Source: Perkinsus chesapeaki ATCC PRA-425 (taxonomy: Eukaryota; Protista; Perkinsozoa). Taken from it: a stretch of 64,000 nucleotides of DNA. Each line of letters opens with the position of its first letter. The stretch's first letter is position 1. Under the pieces are notes generated by a model that saw only the letters and a program-made list of their open reading frames with translations, did not search any database and had not been told where the DNA came from. This document shows positions 1 to 12,837 of the stretch, piece by piece. The stretch covers positions 1-64,000 of the forward strand of contig JAAPAO010000112.1 in assembly GCA_013115145.1 (NCBI GenBank), in the 5' to 3' direction. A program made the translations under genes and the position numbers.

Positions 1-3000
1 CCATTTTCATCCTCAGACTCGATCTACATCACATTCAGATCGGCGCTGGACAATTTTTTTGACCAGACTGTATTGACTAATAATAATAAATAATTAATAG
101 GTTACATTAGAGATTGTTAAATACTTTCAAGGAAGGTTTGTATCATCAGATGAACATATGAAGGATAAAGGAGGTAAATAATATATAAGTATGTATATTA
201 TTATGTGTATTATAGGTCATAGAACAGCAACATCTAATAGTTCAACATTAATAGAAGAATTAGGATCAGTAACCCATTTATTTAGTGATAAGACTGGTAC
301 ATTAACTGAGAACCTGATGATATTTACAAGTAGTAGTAGCCTATATAGAAGGAAAGGGATATGATGATACTAATAATAATAGGTGCTTATATCATGGGTA
401 ATGGTGGTGCAGATTCATTATTATTAAATAAGTATCATACTAATGGTTAATAATATTGTTATAAAATTGTTATAATAATCGTTTATTAGATCCTAACCCT
501 GATAAACATGTTAGTGCTGAATTCGATACTGATACCTTTAAAAAGGCTGTTATGAAGTAATACTGCGGCCGGTATATTATGTATATATACATTATGATAT
601 TAGTAATAACAAGGAGGATAAGGAAGATGGTATATTGTTATTACTTGGTTTATGTCTATGCCATTCAGTACTTATTAAAGATACATCATCATCCACAATA
701 ACAAGCTCTACTACTACTATAGGATCTGAATCATTGTAATAATATAGTAATACTACTATATTATTATTATCAGGTATGATGCATCATCACCAGATGAATT
801 AGCTCTAGTGGCTGGTGCACGACATTTAGGATTTGAGTTCATATCTAGGCCTACTCCAGATACGATAAGGATTAAATTAACAAATGAATTCGCTAAAGAG
901 GTAGTACTTATTATTAATGACAGTAATAATAGTATTATAAAAGGTTATTAATATTAATGATGATATTATTGATGTTGAACTATTAGAGGTTCTAGAGTTT
1001 GATAATGATCGTAAAAGGATGAGTGTATTAATAAAGATACTTACTCATAATAAGTAGTAACTCATTATTTATTAATAGCATATTTCATAATTCATATCAG
1101 GTATGGTAGTATATCACACCCATTAGATGGTAGGACATTATTACTCATTAAAGGTGCTGATTCTAGTATGATAGAGGTATCTGAAGGTAAAGAAGGAGGT
1201 AGTAGAATAAGGGTTATATAATAGCAGGTAGCAGTAAAGTAGTTAGTATCTTATTATTATTAGGTAGCAATGATGAATTAGAAGGTGTATTAGATGTGTT
1301 AGCAGCTGATGGTTTAAGGACTTTAGTTTATGGTATTAGAGATTTAACTAATGATAATATATTTATAGAGGGATGGAGAAAAGATTATAATAATATAAGG
1401 GGAATGATAGGAGGAAATGATAAAGATAAAGCATTAAGGGAATGTATTAATAATATAGAAAGGGATATACATATAGTAGGATGTACTGGTATAGAAGATA
1501 AATTACAGGTAGGGATATATAGGGATATATATTAATAATAATAATTATTATTAGGATTATGTATCTGAAACTATATCAGATCTACAAGAGGCTGGTATTA
1601 AAATATGGGTATTAACTGGTGATAAAATAGAGACTGCTATTAATATAGCGTAATAATGTATATATTAATAATAAATAATAGTAGTAAGGTTAGGTATAGT
1701 AGTAAACTATTATATGATACTGTATTAAACGAGGTTATTACAACAACTAATATTAATAGTATTGATAAAACATTAAATAGATTATCATCATTTATAAGAC
1801 GTATTAATAATGGTACTTGTACTGCTATATATAATAAAGGAAGGTAATATAGTATATACTGTACTATGTTATATAATAATAGATCATCCATGGCAACACT
1901 TGATTGGGATGATTTAGCAGAAGTAAAGCTAGCCAAACAAGGGTTATTATCTTCAGTATCATCCATTGATAATACCAGTCAAGTCACTCCCGTAATAATA
2001 TATATATTATATCATTACCAATCATATCATAGACTATATCATCATTAAATAGTGTTGATAAAGAGAAGGTTGATGATGAGGAGACTGGTAGAAGTGTGAT
2101 GAGGTCATGGTCATGTTATTATTCATCATCAACCCCTATTATTAAATGTACATCCGTAGCTATAACTATATCGGGTGAAAGTCTAGCTATTGTACTTAAA
2201 GATAAGTAAGGTAAGATAATAATATATAGTTATATATGACAATATCAGATCACTTCGGAAAAAGTTCTTTAAATTTGCATTAACACATTGTATTACTATA
2301 ATAGCATGTCGTGTATCACCAAGACAGAAGGCTCAAGTAGTAAGGTAGTAATATAATTAATATAGGGTATATATTAATAAGGAGTATTTAGATGGAGTAG
2401 TAGTTATCTACCATATAATACTATGTTAGCTATTGGTGATGGTGCTAATGATGTTGGTATGATAGTAGCTGCTGATGTTGGTGTAATAATATAATGTATA
2501 TTAATGTTGTATACATAATAATTATTAGGTTGGTATAAATGGTAAAGAAGGTGCTCAAGCATCACGATCAGCCGATTACGCTATACCACAATTTCATTAT
2601 CTACGTCGTTTATTATTCTTACATGGTCGTGAAGCTCTAAGGAAGAATTCTATATTTATATATTATACAGTTTTTAAAAATGTTGCCTTCTCATTACCAG
2701 CATTTATATTAGGATTTATATCACAATTTTCTGGTAGTAGTATATATGATCCTATACTTAAACAAGGTTATAATATAATATTTACATTATTACCAATATT
2801 ATTATATGGTATATTTGATAGACAATTACCAAGTAATATATTATCACAATGCCCTTATCTTTATCTATGGCCTGGTATATCATTCAAGAATATATATCGT
2901 AATAAAATACTATCTACACGCATTAAATTCTCACCAAGTAACTTATATGGTAATAAACAATTATTAATATGGTTAATAGCAGCAGCATGGGTCAGTATAT

Positions 3001-4217
3001 TATCAATTATACCATCAATAATATATCTATATAATACACCATTACAATCAAATGGTAATTCAACACCATCACTTGATGCAATAGGATCATCAATTATATA
3101 CCTACATATATTAATATTATCTAATGGTATTGTTTATATATTATCTAATATAACTTATTGTTTTACACATATTGCTATAATAGGTGGTATAATAGCATAT
3201 ATTATATCATATCTAATATTAATAGTAATATAGTAATAAACAATATTTATATAATAATAATATTATTAGGTATCATCACCTTATATAGAGGATGATGATG
3301 ATGAAAGCAGTTTATTATCATCCATGATAATATCTAGTAGTACTGTAGCATGCTTACTATTTGGTATAGGTAACTAATAACAGTAACTGCTGCTGCTGTA
3401 TGGTATTGTTATTAGGTATAGCATTCTTACCCTTTATAATGTACAGTCATTACGGATCATTATTTAAACCAGGTAATGCACGATTAGTGAGAGAGAGGAT
3501 ATCATTAGGGGTAAGTAGTAGTAGTGGTATAATAATATACTCATATCATAACAGCTACCTGTACACCTATCTGATATGTCATCATATACAATTATAGAAG
3601 AAGAAGAGCAAGAAGATGGTGATAAGCTACATCATAATATTATAGGGCAAGAACAAGAAGAGCAGCTACCACAGTGGGGTAGTGGTACTGCTGATGGTGG
3701 TGGTGATGGTGATGGTTATATAATAGAATCATTACCACCACGACCACCTATTATGAAGACAGGACATGGTAAATATAATACAATAGGTGGTGATGGTGAT
3801 GGATTGGTTATGGGACTGGGACGGCATGGTAGATTACCAAGTAGGTTGTTAATAGATAGTGATAATATAACAACAACTATGCCTGGCGGAGGGGCAGTGA
3901 TATCATCACTAAAGGGGTTTGGTTTTGATGAGGTATCTAGAGTTGATAGAATTGGAAAGTAATATAAAGAATGGTTATCATAACTTGTTGTTGTTTTTAT
4001 TGTTATCAGATATAGATCATCCATAGATATACCGTTACAAGACTATATAGAGAATAGTACAGATGAGGTGGTGGCCCCCATTGCTGAAGGTAGAGCTATG
4101 ACAGTAGATGTAGATGCTACATCTATGGAACGGTTAAGACATGATAGAAATTGGTATACAAGAAGGAGTATAGGCTCATCATCATCATCAAATAGTAATA
4201 GCAACAGCAGCAAGTGA
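1..4217 (+). CDS. P4-type phospholipid-transporting ATPase (flippase), multi-exon, 5' end outside window
   Basis: Spliced exons give [21 protein letters not shown] (phospho-Asp motif, ~260-310), [92 protein letters not shown] and [11 protein letters not shown] segments and a long low-complexity tail follow, ending at TGA 4215-4217. Confidence 0.93.
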
Positions 4218-4431
4218 ATAGCATGTAGCAGTATAAAGTAATGTCTCTATTAACCTCATCATTGTGCATGATAATAATATAACAATATTATAACCAAATA
4301 ATGTCTCTATTAACAGCCTTATGCCATCATTTGTGTTAATATCAATATTCGCCTCATTATCAGCAGTTATAGGCTTATAATCGCCTTCTACACCTTCTTC
4401 TTGCTGCTGCTGCTGCTGTTCAGTCCCTAAT

Positions 4432-5528
4432 ATGGTATCATCTGCTAGATTCATCATTAATGTGGCATGTTGTTGTTATTATTATATTATAGTAGTGCAT
4501 GGTGCCTCTAAAGTAGCCTTACCTAGAGATGCTGGGCTATATTGTGAATTTGATGATAACAATGCCAGACGGCTTGTTGATAAGGCTAATGCTGTATGTG
4601 CTCTTACAAGGAAGAATTATCTCTCTAAGCTTATTGTAGCTGATGATAAAACTGTATCATATAGATGTACACTAGATCGTAGTGATAGAAGTAGAACGAA
4701 TCTATACATCTGTGGTGATAATCAGTTTACGTTAGATAGGTCTGATAAGGATAAGGTAGTAATATCAAAGGGGGCTAGTACTACTAGAGATGGCGGCCAA
4801 CAAGGCGGAGGCGGTGGTGATGGTAGGGTTACATTAATACCAGTGATGCATGGTAGTAAACATGATTGGATTAAGGAAGTATTTGAGGCATTACCTTTGG
4901 ATGATAATGCACCACAATATGTATCTGTTAATGATGGTATTGTACGTACTGGTGATGTTATTGGTTTTAATGATAATACTGGTATATATGAAGCATCAGG
5001 AGATAAGAAGGATATGATGCTTGGATTTGATAATAGACATGAAGGTGTATTGTTATTTAATAGTAGATTAAGTCAGTTTAATATCCTAACACCAGCTGAT
5101 AAACTACCGTGAGAATTACCTATTATGAATATAATATTATAATAGCAGGTCCGTACCAAGAACCAGCGCCAGTAGTAGTAGCAGCAGCAGTGCTTTACTA
5201 CTACGTGGACAGATGGCATCCAAGGTAGAAGAAGAGGGCAAGCCTATTAGACCTCATAACATGGAACAAGAAGGAAGAGGAGGCCAACCTACTACTGAGG
5301 ATGATGAGGAGACACCATTCTCTAGGGATAATAGCGAAGATGAAGAAAGGGGCAGCATGGATAATGATAATAATGAAGTACTAGATGAAATTAATGAAGG
5401 TCAGTATTATTAGTTATTACTATTAGGATAATATCAAGGGGGGCGACGATAATGATGATGTTGTTGCTGCTGCTGATACAACTGATGAATCTGGCATGGA
5501 TTATGATAGTGGTTACGAAGATGATTAA
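4432..5528 (+). CDS. Hypothetical secreted/surface protein with Cys-containing N-terminal domain and acidic C-terminal tail
   Basis: The 226-aa ORF starts with a hydrophobic leader. A GT-AG intron (~5109-5148) joins it in frame to the MASKVEEEG ORF. A D/E-rich last exon ends ~5528; that final junction is uncertain. Confidence 0.6.
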
Positions 5529-6038
5529 ATAGAAGGTAATATATTCATATTTATAATAATAATGTATTACTGTCAGGTATTATTATGAATAACTTGTTAT
5601 TGATTATATCTACCAAACATATTTATTAATAGATTTATAAAGAATAATTATTAATAAAGTATTTATCATATTGTTCATACTAAACAACTGTTTAGTATAC
5701 CCATTTAAATAACATGTGTAGAAGAAGATGAATGAAATGATGTCACAACCACAACAACAAAAAGCAGTTAGTGTTTTAGTACTTTAATCATCCACCACCA
5801 TCACGAAGTTGTAAAGATACTGTATGGCTACAGATGATGATGATGGTGAGGCAAATGATATCGATTAATCGGGCTAGCGCGTATTTCATTTCCACCATCA
5901 CCGTCTGTTTGGGGGTGGGGGGATATGAACTGCTGCTGCTGCTGTCATGATGATGGGATATGCTCTGAGCAGTTGAATGGCAGTGTATTGTTGTTGCAGT
6001 TTTTGGTAGTTGTTGTGGTATATATACTTATTGTCATA

Positions 6039-6959
6039 ATGAATGATGACTTACTGCAATTTACTGCTACTAGTAATAATAGCACATCAATAGGACAACA
6101 GCAAGAAGAAGAACATAGTACACCAATAGTAACATCATCATCATCAGTATCTAATCCATCATCTAATGTATGGATGTAATAATATTATAATATTAATATA
6201 TATTATAGGTTACACCAATGTCAACTACAGCTGTACCTCCTCCTCCACCACCACCAGTAGTTAATGATGATGATAGTCAACAGCCGCAAGATGTCGCTGC
6301 CCCAGTAGATAGTGTTATAGTAGAGGAGGAGACTGCAACTAGAGCTGTTACTGTTGTAAATAAGGATAGGGTAGTAATGAGGGTATAGGGGGTAGGTATT
6401 ATGGGTATTATTGGAGTTGTGGTTATTTAGTCGTCATCTGTTGATAGCTATATGGAAATGTCTAGGGCTGAAAATGATAAAAAGGCAGAGATAAGAGAAC
6501 AAGCACAGAAGGATATTAAGTAATAGTAATAAGGTATAATATTATATAGTAATATTATAATAGGGATTTCTATGCTAATAGAGCGGTAAAAATAGAAGAA
6601 AATAAACAAGTACAAATTGAGGATGAAAAGGAATTTATTAACAAGGCACATAAGTTAGATGACCCTACTGCTACTACTAAGTAATAATAATGTGTATTAT
6701 TGGTATATAGTATTATTAATGCAGTCCATGGACTGTAGTAGCTAATCATATTAACTTTTATAAAGATAATACTACAGCAACAACAACAGCAGCAGTGGCC
6801 GGGGGGGCTAATGATAAAACAACAGTAAGCACTAGCACAGGGCATAAGGATATGACTACACAGAAGGACGGTGGAAATCAAATGAGGATGAAACAATTAT
6901 TACAAGATTTAAGGAAGAATGGTATGATGAAGAAGGTTACTACTGCTGGTGGAGCATAG
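6039..6959 (+). CDS. Hypothetical low-complexity/coiled-coil protein
   Basis: S/T/P-rich and E/K/Q-rich exon-like blocks are separated by AT-rich GT-AG introns, ending ...LQDLRKNGMMKKVTTAGGA-TAG. The start codon is uncertain. Confidence 0.45.
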
Positions 6960-7441
6960 ATGGCTTATTGTTGTTGTTGTGTTAATAATACTATTATTAA
7001 CAAGTGTGATGATGCGTATCTAGTTACTATCGTACTTGTTGTTTAGTTAGTATAAACAATATTAAAGCAGTATTAAAGCAGATGATGGATACATTGACAG
7101 TATCATGATACCATATAAAATAATAAATACCGTATTGGCAATACCGACTTTCAGTATATTGATGTGATAAACTGAAGTCTGAGTAGCAGCAACAGCAGTA
7201 TGAGCATGAAGTTGTACATGATAGTGTCGTCTGTTGTATATTTTATCATATTTTTCATCATAAAGGGGACATGTGACACAATAATTGGCTAAGTATCATT
7301 ATCATCATAAGCTCAAGTAAATGGGACCTATGCTGTGATGCTTGCCAATTAAGGTAGCTTCCAGAACCTTCACTAGCTACTCCTTCAGGCTTACCGCTCC
7401 GATATTGTTTTATTGTTTAATCAGTATCATCCTATTTATAA

Positions 7442-9199
7442 ATGGTTGTTGTTGTAATCCCTATCCTATCCCTATTACTATCATCTACTATAGCATATGC
7501 TACTCTTACCTCTAGTAGTGCTAGAATGCTGCTTACTACTACTAGGTTCTGTAATAATGATTTAATGGGTAGTAATGCTCATGCCGTCCCGTGTGGTGTA
7601 TCAGCAGCTGCTGGTACTGAAGGTCTAACGTTACCAGGTATGGATGATGGTTATATTACTACTCGTGAAGATGTTATTATAGCCAATGATGGTCAAGTAA
7701 CAGTTAAAGCATTACCTAATCATCCTTATCAATATTTTATGGATATACAAACTCCTAATCATTTAAGAGTTAAACAATTATTCATGAATGAAGCCTTTGT
7801 ATTAAAGGATGATTATATTGATGATGATACTGTTGGTGTTGATACATCATCAATAGGTAGTAATACTATGGAAGATGATGGTTGGGTTCATGTAGGTATT
7901 GTTGATGGTATTGGTGATAAATATAATAAAGTTAATAAATGGGTTAAGAAAGGTGTTGAAGGGGTTGATCCTTCTAGTGGTATGAACTATACAGCTTTAT
8001 ATATGACTGGTATTGCACCAGATACCTGGACACTTTATGAAGCTGATGATACACCTTTAGTAATGGTTGTTAGTAATAGTTTTAAGAATGATAGAGTATT
8101 CCAATTATCTACATTCACACACTTTACTAAACTACAAAATGGTATAACTGTTGATGAGGCTGAAAGTACCATGGACTCAATTTATCATGTAAAACAACAA
8201 CAACATCGTAAGCTACAACCTAATGATGATAGTAGTTCCATCACACCTCCTCCTACAGTAGATGTTGATATGATATCATCAGACTATCTACCGGAGGCAT
8301 CTCGTGCTTACTTTCAGACTGTTGATTCTAATGATATTGATTGGATGACAATGCCCTATCATGATAATAGTAACCTTCGTCGTCAATCTTCTTCTTCTTC
8401 CTCCACCTTTGAGGGTATTGATTATTTTACTATTCCTAAAGGTTCTGCGGCTGATATATATTTCCATGCCAACACTAGAACCTCCTCCTCCCTAGTAGCT
8501 GCTGTTGTTGATAGTACTAATAAGCAACCACAGTTCCAATGGGAGTATCCTACTACTTGTATGGGTAATATAAATGATAAATATTGTTTACATGCTGATG
8601 CTAATGCAACTACTGAATATATGTCAGTTGATGGTGGTGTTATATTTAGAGACCCTAAGATACCATCATATCAATCACATTTGGATATAGGTGTTGTAAT
8701 GAGTGGTCAAAAAGATCCTATAGTAATTGATTTACATGCTCAGGCTGATGGTTGTGCTGATGTATTCCAATATGGGGCTTCGGATGACGATGATGTTAAG
8801 ATTATTATTAATCTATGTATGTCGGGTAACTTTGAAGGTGATTCACTTATTAAATCGGATAATAGAACCTTCGAAGCTGATATCGATGCCAAGGCTACAT
8901 TCTCATTTGCTATACCACATTTTACTACAATAACAACCCCTATATCATCTACTATAGCATGTACTGCTGGACCTAATTATGATATAGGTGTTCTTGGTAA
9001 CCTTGGTACTGGTGTTGATCTTAAATTTACAGGTGGTGGTATTATGTTAGATCTTAAGGGAAGTACTGTTGATAACCTTCCTAAGAAATGGCAGTTTAAT
9101 TCTGGTGTAACTGTTGATGGATGGGTTAGTGTTCTAGCCTATAAACATAAATGGTCACATCGTTGGGTAATGTGGCAGACCGGACCTGAGAATATGTAA
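7442..9199 (+). CDS. Intronless 585-aa secreted protein of unknown function
   Basis: Uninterrupted ORF with a signal-peptide-like N-terminus ([20 protein letters not shown]). It has two beta-rich halves separated by an S/P/T/Q linker. Confidence 0.85.
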   Translation: MVVVVIPILSLLLSSTIAYATLTSSSARMLLTTTRFCNNDLMGSNAHAVPCGVSAAAGTEGLTLPGMDDGYITTREDVIIANDGQVTVKALPNHPYQYFMDIQTPNHLRVKQLFMNEAFVLKDDYIDDDTVGVDTSSIGSNTMEDDGWVHVGIVDGIGDKYNKVNKWVKKGVEGVDPSSGMNYTALYMTGIAPDTWTLYEADDTPLVMVVSNSFKNDRVFQLSTFTHFTKLQNGITVDEAESTMDSIYHVKQQQHRKLQPNDDSSSITPPPTVDVDMISSDYLPEASRAYFQTVDSNDIDWMTMPYHDNSNLRRQSSSSSSTFEGIDYFTIPKGSAADIYFHANTRTSSSLVAAVVDSTNKQPQFQWEYPTTCMGNINDKYCLHADANATTEYMSVDGGVIFRDPKIPSYQSHLDIGVVMSGQKDPIVIDLHAQADGCADVFQYGASDDDDVKIIINLCMSGNFEGDSLIKSDNRTFEADIDAKATFSFAIPHFTTITTPISSTIACTAGPNYDIGVLGNLGTGVDLKFTGGGIMLDLKGSTVDNLPKKWQFNSGVTVDGWVSVLAYKHKWSHRWVMWQTGPENM

Positions 9200-9577
9200 T
9201 TTATATTACAAATCATAATAATAATACTAGATGCTCTTCTTTAGTATTTATCTATTCGTTATTGTTGGCTTTAAAGTCACTTTGCTCCTCCTATTTTGGT
9301 CCCTTATTTGGACCTTATATGTTTTATCTTCGTCTATAGAAGATTCCCATCCCTTTTCCCCATACCTCATTCCTTATCTACTATTTATATTGTGTTGTTT
9401 GTTAAGTTAGTAATACTAATAACACCATCACTTATATACATATAGATAACAGCAATAACAACATCATTGACATGACAACAACCATATAACAACATCTATT
9501 ATTATCAAATTATCCTCTATCATTCCTGAAATGTATTATAATGATACCATGCAGCAGCAGCAGCACAAGCTACTAGC

Positions 9578-10544
9578 TTACATCAAGTGTTCCTCCTCTT
9601 CCTCCTCCGCCTCATTATCCTGGTTTTTAGTAGTACCACCAATAAAGGTTATTACCGTAGATGCGGCAAGTAGGACGAATAATATCTAAACATAAGAACA
9701 GCCGTAGTAGGGATAGGTTATTAATAATGTTGTTGTTGTTGTTACCCATGATGCTGCACAGAACCATTGAACCATTTCCCCTATCTCCCAGCTTAATTGA
9801 GCATTCAGTCTGCACCATAGTCCATCCTAAAATATATAGTGCTATTGTAGTTGTTATTAATAGTAGTAGTAGATTACTCCTTGATCAAAGAATGGAGTAT
9901 CAGACATACAATATTCCCATTCTTCAAGCTGTTGAGCTGTCTCTGGTTCCCTAGCTAATCGTATCATCTCACGAAATGTCTAATAATATTACATAACCAC
10001 CCCCATCAACAGCAATGCCACCACTTACCTGGAATTCATCACAATATGGTCTAATAAACATCTTAGTAGCCTTCTCATATCCACCACCACGGCATTCACC
10101 TTTATTATAGCTTACGGCAAATGATTTAAATAAATCATCAACAAGTTGTTGAGCATAACGATCTCTAGATGGTACTAGAGTTATCTCAGCACGATCAAGT
10201 CTAAGCTTATAAAAGGTAATAGATAAATGACATAGGCTAATAGCAATACCCAACCACCATACAGTCATAACAGCAGATAAACCACCATTAATAAAGCGTA
10301 GGGGGCCAACATCTTTATTCATAGCAGCAAATGCTATACCAGAGCTACAGACCATAAGGGCTAATACACTGCTAACAATGCCCGAATCAACATGGGCAAT
10401 ACCAAAGAAATCATAATATAAAGGATTATAGCTTATCCAACCAAGAGTAGCCATAAGAGCTATACTAAATAGGATAATTATACCATTAATACCCATTAAT
10501 ATAGGACCAAATACACCATTAAGATAAGGGGCAGATGGGGGCAT
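9578..10544 (-). CDS. Tetraspanin-like four-pass membrane protein
   Basis: Exon 1 has three TM helices. A Cys-containing loop follows (GECRGG, PYCDEF, EYCMS, LWCRL across spliced exons), then a fourth TM (ILFVLLAASTVITFIGG) and an acidic tail EAEEEEEEHLM*. Confidence 0.7.
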
Positions 10545-10689
10545 TGTTTAATATATTAAAACCTGTATAAAAGGCTACGGAAATACCCTAAAAACGGATA
10601 TGGAAATACAACAACAAAATGCGCTGTTAATAAAGCGCACGCCGAAAAATAGAAGAACGCAAAGTCGTGTCACCACTTCTGTGTGTATA

Positions 10690-12716
10690 ATGGCGGCGGA
10701 GGCGGGGGCAGTTCCTCTCGTATTACCTGGACGTAGCTATGATAGAGCTGGGCAATTAGGTAGTATGGTAGTAGGGTTAATAATAGGGAATAATAGGTGA
10801 GGGGTCCTATGGGGCCGTATTAACGGTATATGAGACTGATACTGGTATTGAATATGCAGCTAAGAGATTTGAGGTAATTAATATCCATTATAATTAAATA
10901 TATTATTAGTTAAATGAAGATGATGGTTGTACTATGAGTAATGGTGCTATTATAGAAGTGTCCTATTTAAGTGCTATTAGATCAGCTAATATTGAAGGCA
11001 TAATATGTTTAGTAATAATAATAAGGTTTGTTATTATAATAATATAAGATTAGGAGGATATATGTGAATTAACTGAGGAAGGTGAGAATATATTATGTGC
11101 TGTATTACCTAAATATACATGTAATTTAGAGGATGCTATTAAAGGTAATATCCCTTATTATTATTATTATTATACCATCGTCCTATTGTGGTCAGGTGTA
11201 GCACTTACATCAAACCGTATAAGGTTATCAATAGCTTTAACTATCCTAGAGACATTATCAATATTACATGATAATGGTGTTGTACATAGGGATATCAAAA
11301 GTGCTAATATTATGTTAACAGATGATCTAAGTCCAGTAATAATAAGGACCGTATAGTATTATTTATATTATTATAAGGTACTTATAGACTTCTCATTAGC
11401 TAAATATATGCCTAATGTTACCGATACCACTACACATACTACTACTACTACTTCACTACCAAATAGTATGGGTAAACATACAGTATCAGTAGGCACTCCT
11501 ACGTATATGGCACCTGAACTAGTTGAAGCAGCAGCTAATGGTAATGCAATAAGGTATAATATATTGGATATCATTGATATATTAATGATGGATATAGTTA
11601 CGATAATAGAGTTGATAGCTGGTCTATTGGTGTAGTATTATTAGAATTATTCACTGGTAAGGCTAATAGAGTATATAGGAGGATATAGTAATAGAGTAGG
11701 TAAAGTAATAGAGGAATGTAAAGATAAAGCTGCATTTAAAATGATAGCTGATACTAAATCACGTATGTCTGATAAACCAGTACCATCTATTATTAAAGCA
11801 TTATTAGAAGTAGTAATGTGATAAGGTGGTGAGGTAAAGTATACCTAGGTGGACCCTATACATAGGATAAGATGTAAAGAGGCATATACAAGGTTAATAG
11901 AGTGTAGTAATAATAAGGAGAATAAACAACAACATAGTAATAGGGGACAATTTGAGTTGAATCATTTACGGTATTATTATGATGATTATCAGCGATGATG
12001 GTAGATGATAAAAGAATTGTTAACTGTTTTGGTAACTATACAGTAGCACCTCCAAAGAAGGGAAGTGTACAAGATTTGGACGTGTTAAAGGAAATAAGAA
12101 GGTTTTATCATTTATTAGAGATGAGTAATCCAACAACTATTAAAGCAGCTATGTAAGTTGGTTACATCATAAAGAGGAGGAGGATGAGGAGGGTTACTAT
12201 AGGTACTTTAACTCCCTATTCAACCAGTCAACCAACAAACATAGTAACATACCAGCGCCTTTACCATTACATTTAATATTGTTATCACAGAAAATCTATG
12301 AGCCTCAATCATTAGGTAGGAAGGAAGCATCAACTGAGGGGAGAAGGGAGCGGCTTATGGTTATAGATTTGGTGACCATTGATGAATTTGATGATAATGA
12401 CCCTAACCTACAGGACTTTGATATAGATGAGTATATGGCAGATGAAGTTAATATAATGAAGGCTGCTAACTGGTATTAAATTATGTATCCTGGGTATTGG
12501 ATATGTAATAATAGGTGTTGTCTAGTAGTACCAGTATCATCTAAAGAAGAGGGGGATAGTCTTATTGGGAATACTGTAAGGAAACATAAAGCACTTAAAG
12601 GTAAAAGGAAAAGGAAGGAGGAAAAACAAGCAGAAAAGAGGAAACAAAGAAGGGAAGCGGTTAAGGAGGATGGAAGATCTGACGATGATGACGAGGATAG
12701 TGATTGGTATGAATAA
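10690..12716 (+). CDS. CDK-like Ser/Thr protein kinase with C-terminal cyclin-box-like domain
   Basis: Kinase motifs: LGEGSYGAV, YAAKRF, alphaC-like GAIIEVSYLSAI, HRDIKSANIML, LIDFSLAK, VGTPTYMAPEL, VDSWSIGVVLLELFTG. Downstream exons read EIRRFYHLLEMSNPTTIKAAMYFNSLF / LHLILLSQKIYEPQSL / IDEYMADEVNIMKAANWCCL, followed by a K/R-rich tail. Confidence 0.85.
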
Positions 12717-12837
12717 TTAACAAATACATGACTCAATCATTTCTATTTATGATATGTTGGATTTAGTTTGTGTATTGGTATTGAATGTTTTAAGTGATGA
12801 TGTTCAGTACTATTATTGAGTAAACATTTCATTTCCC

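Noticed and set aside
10995-11005. Apparent non-canonical GC donor in the kinase (and a GA donor in eIF4E)
   Set aside because: Both resolve to canonical GT-AG introns that give better protein motifs (GIICLEDI; WEDERNQEGGRW).
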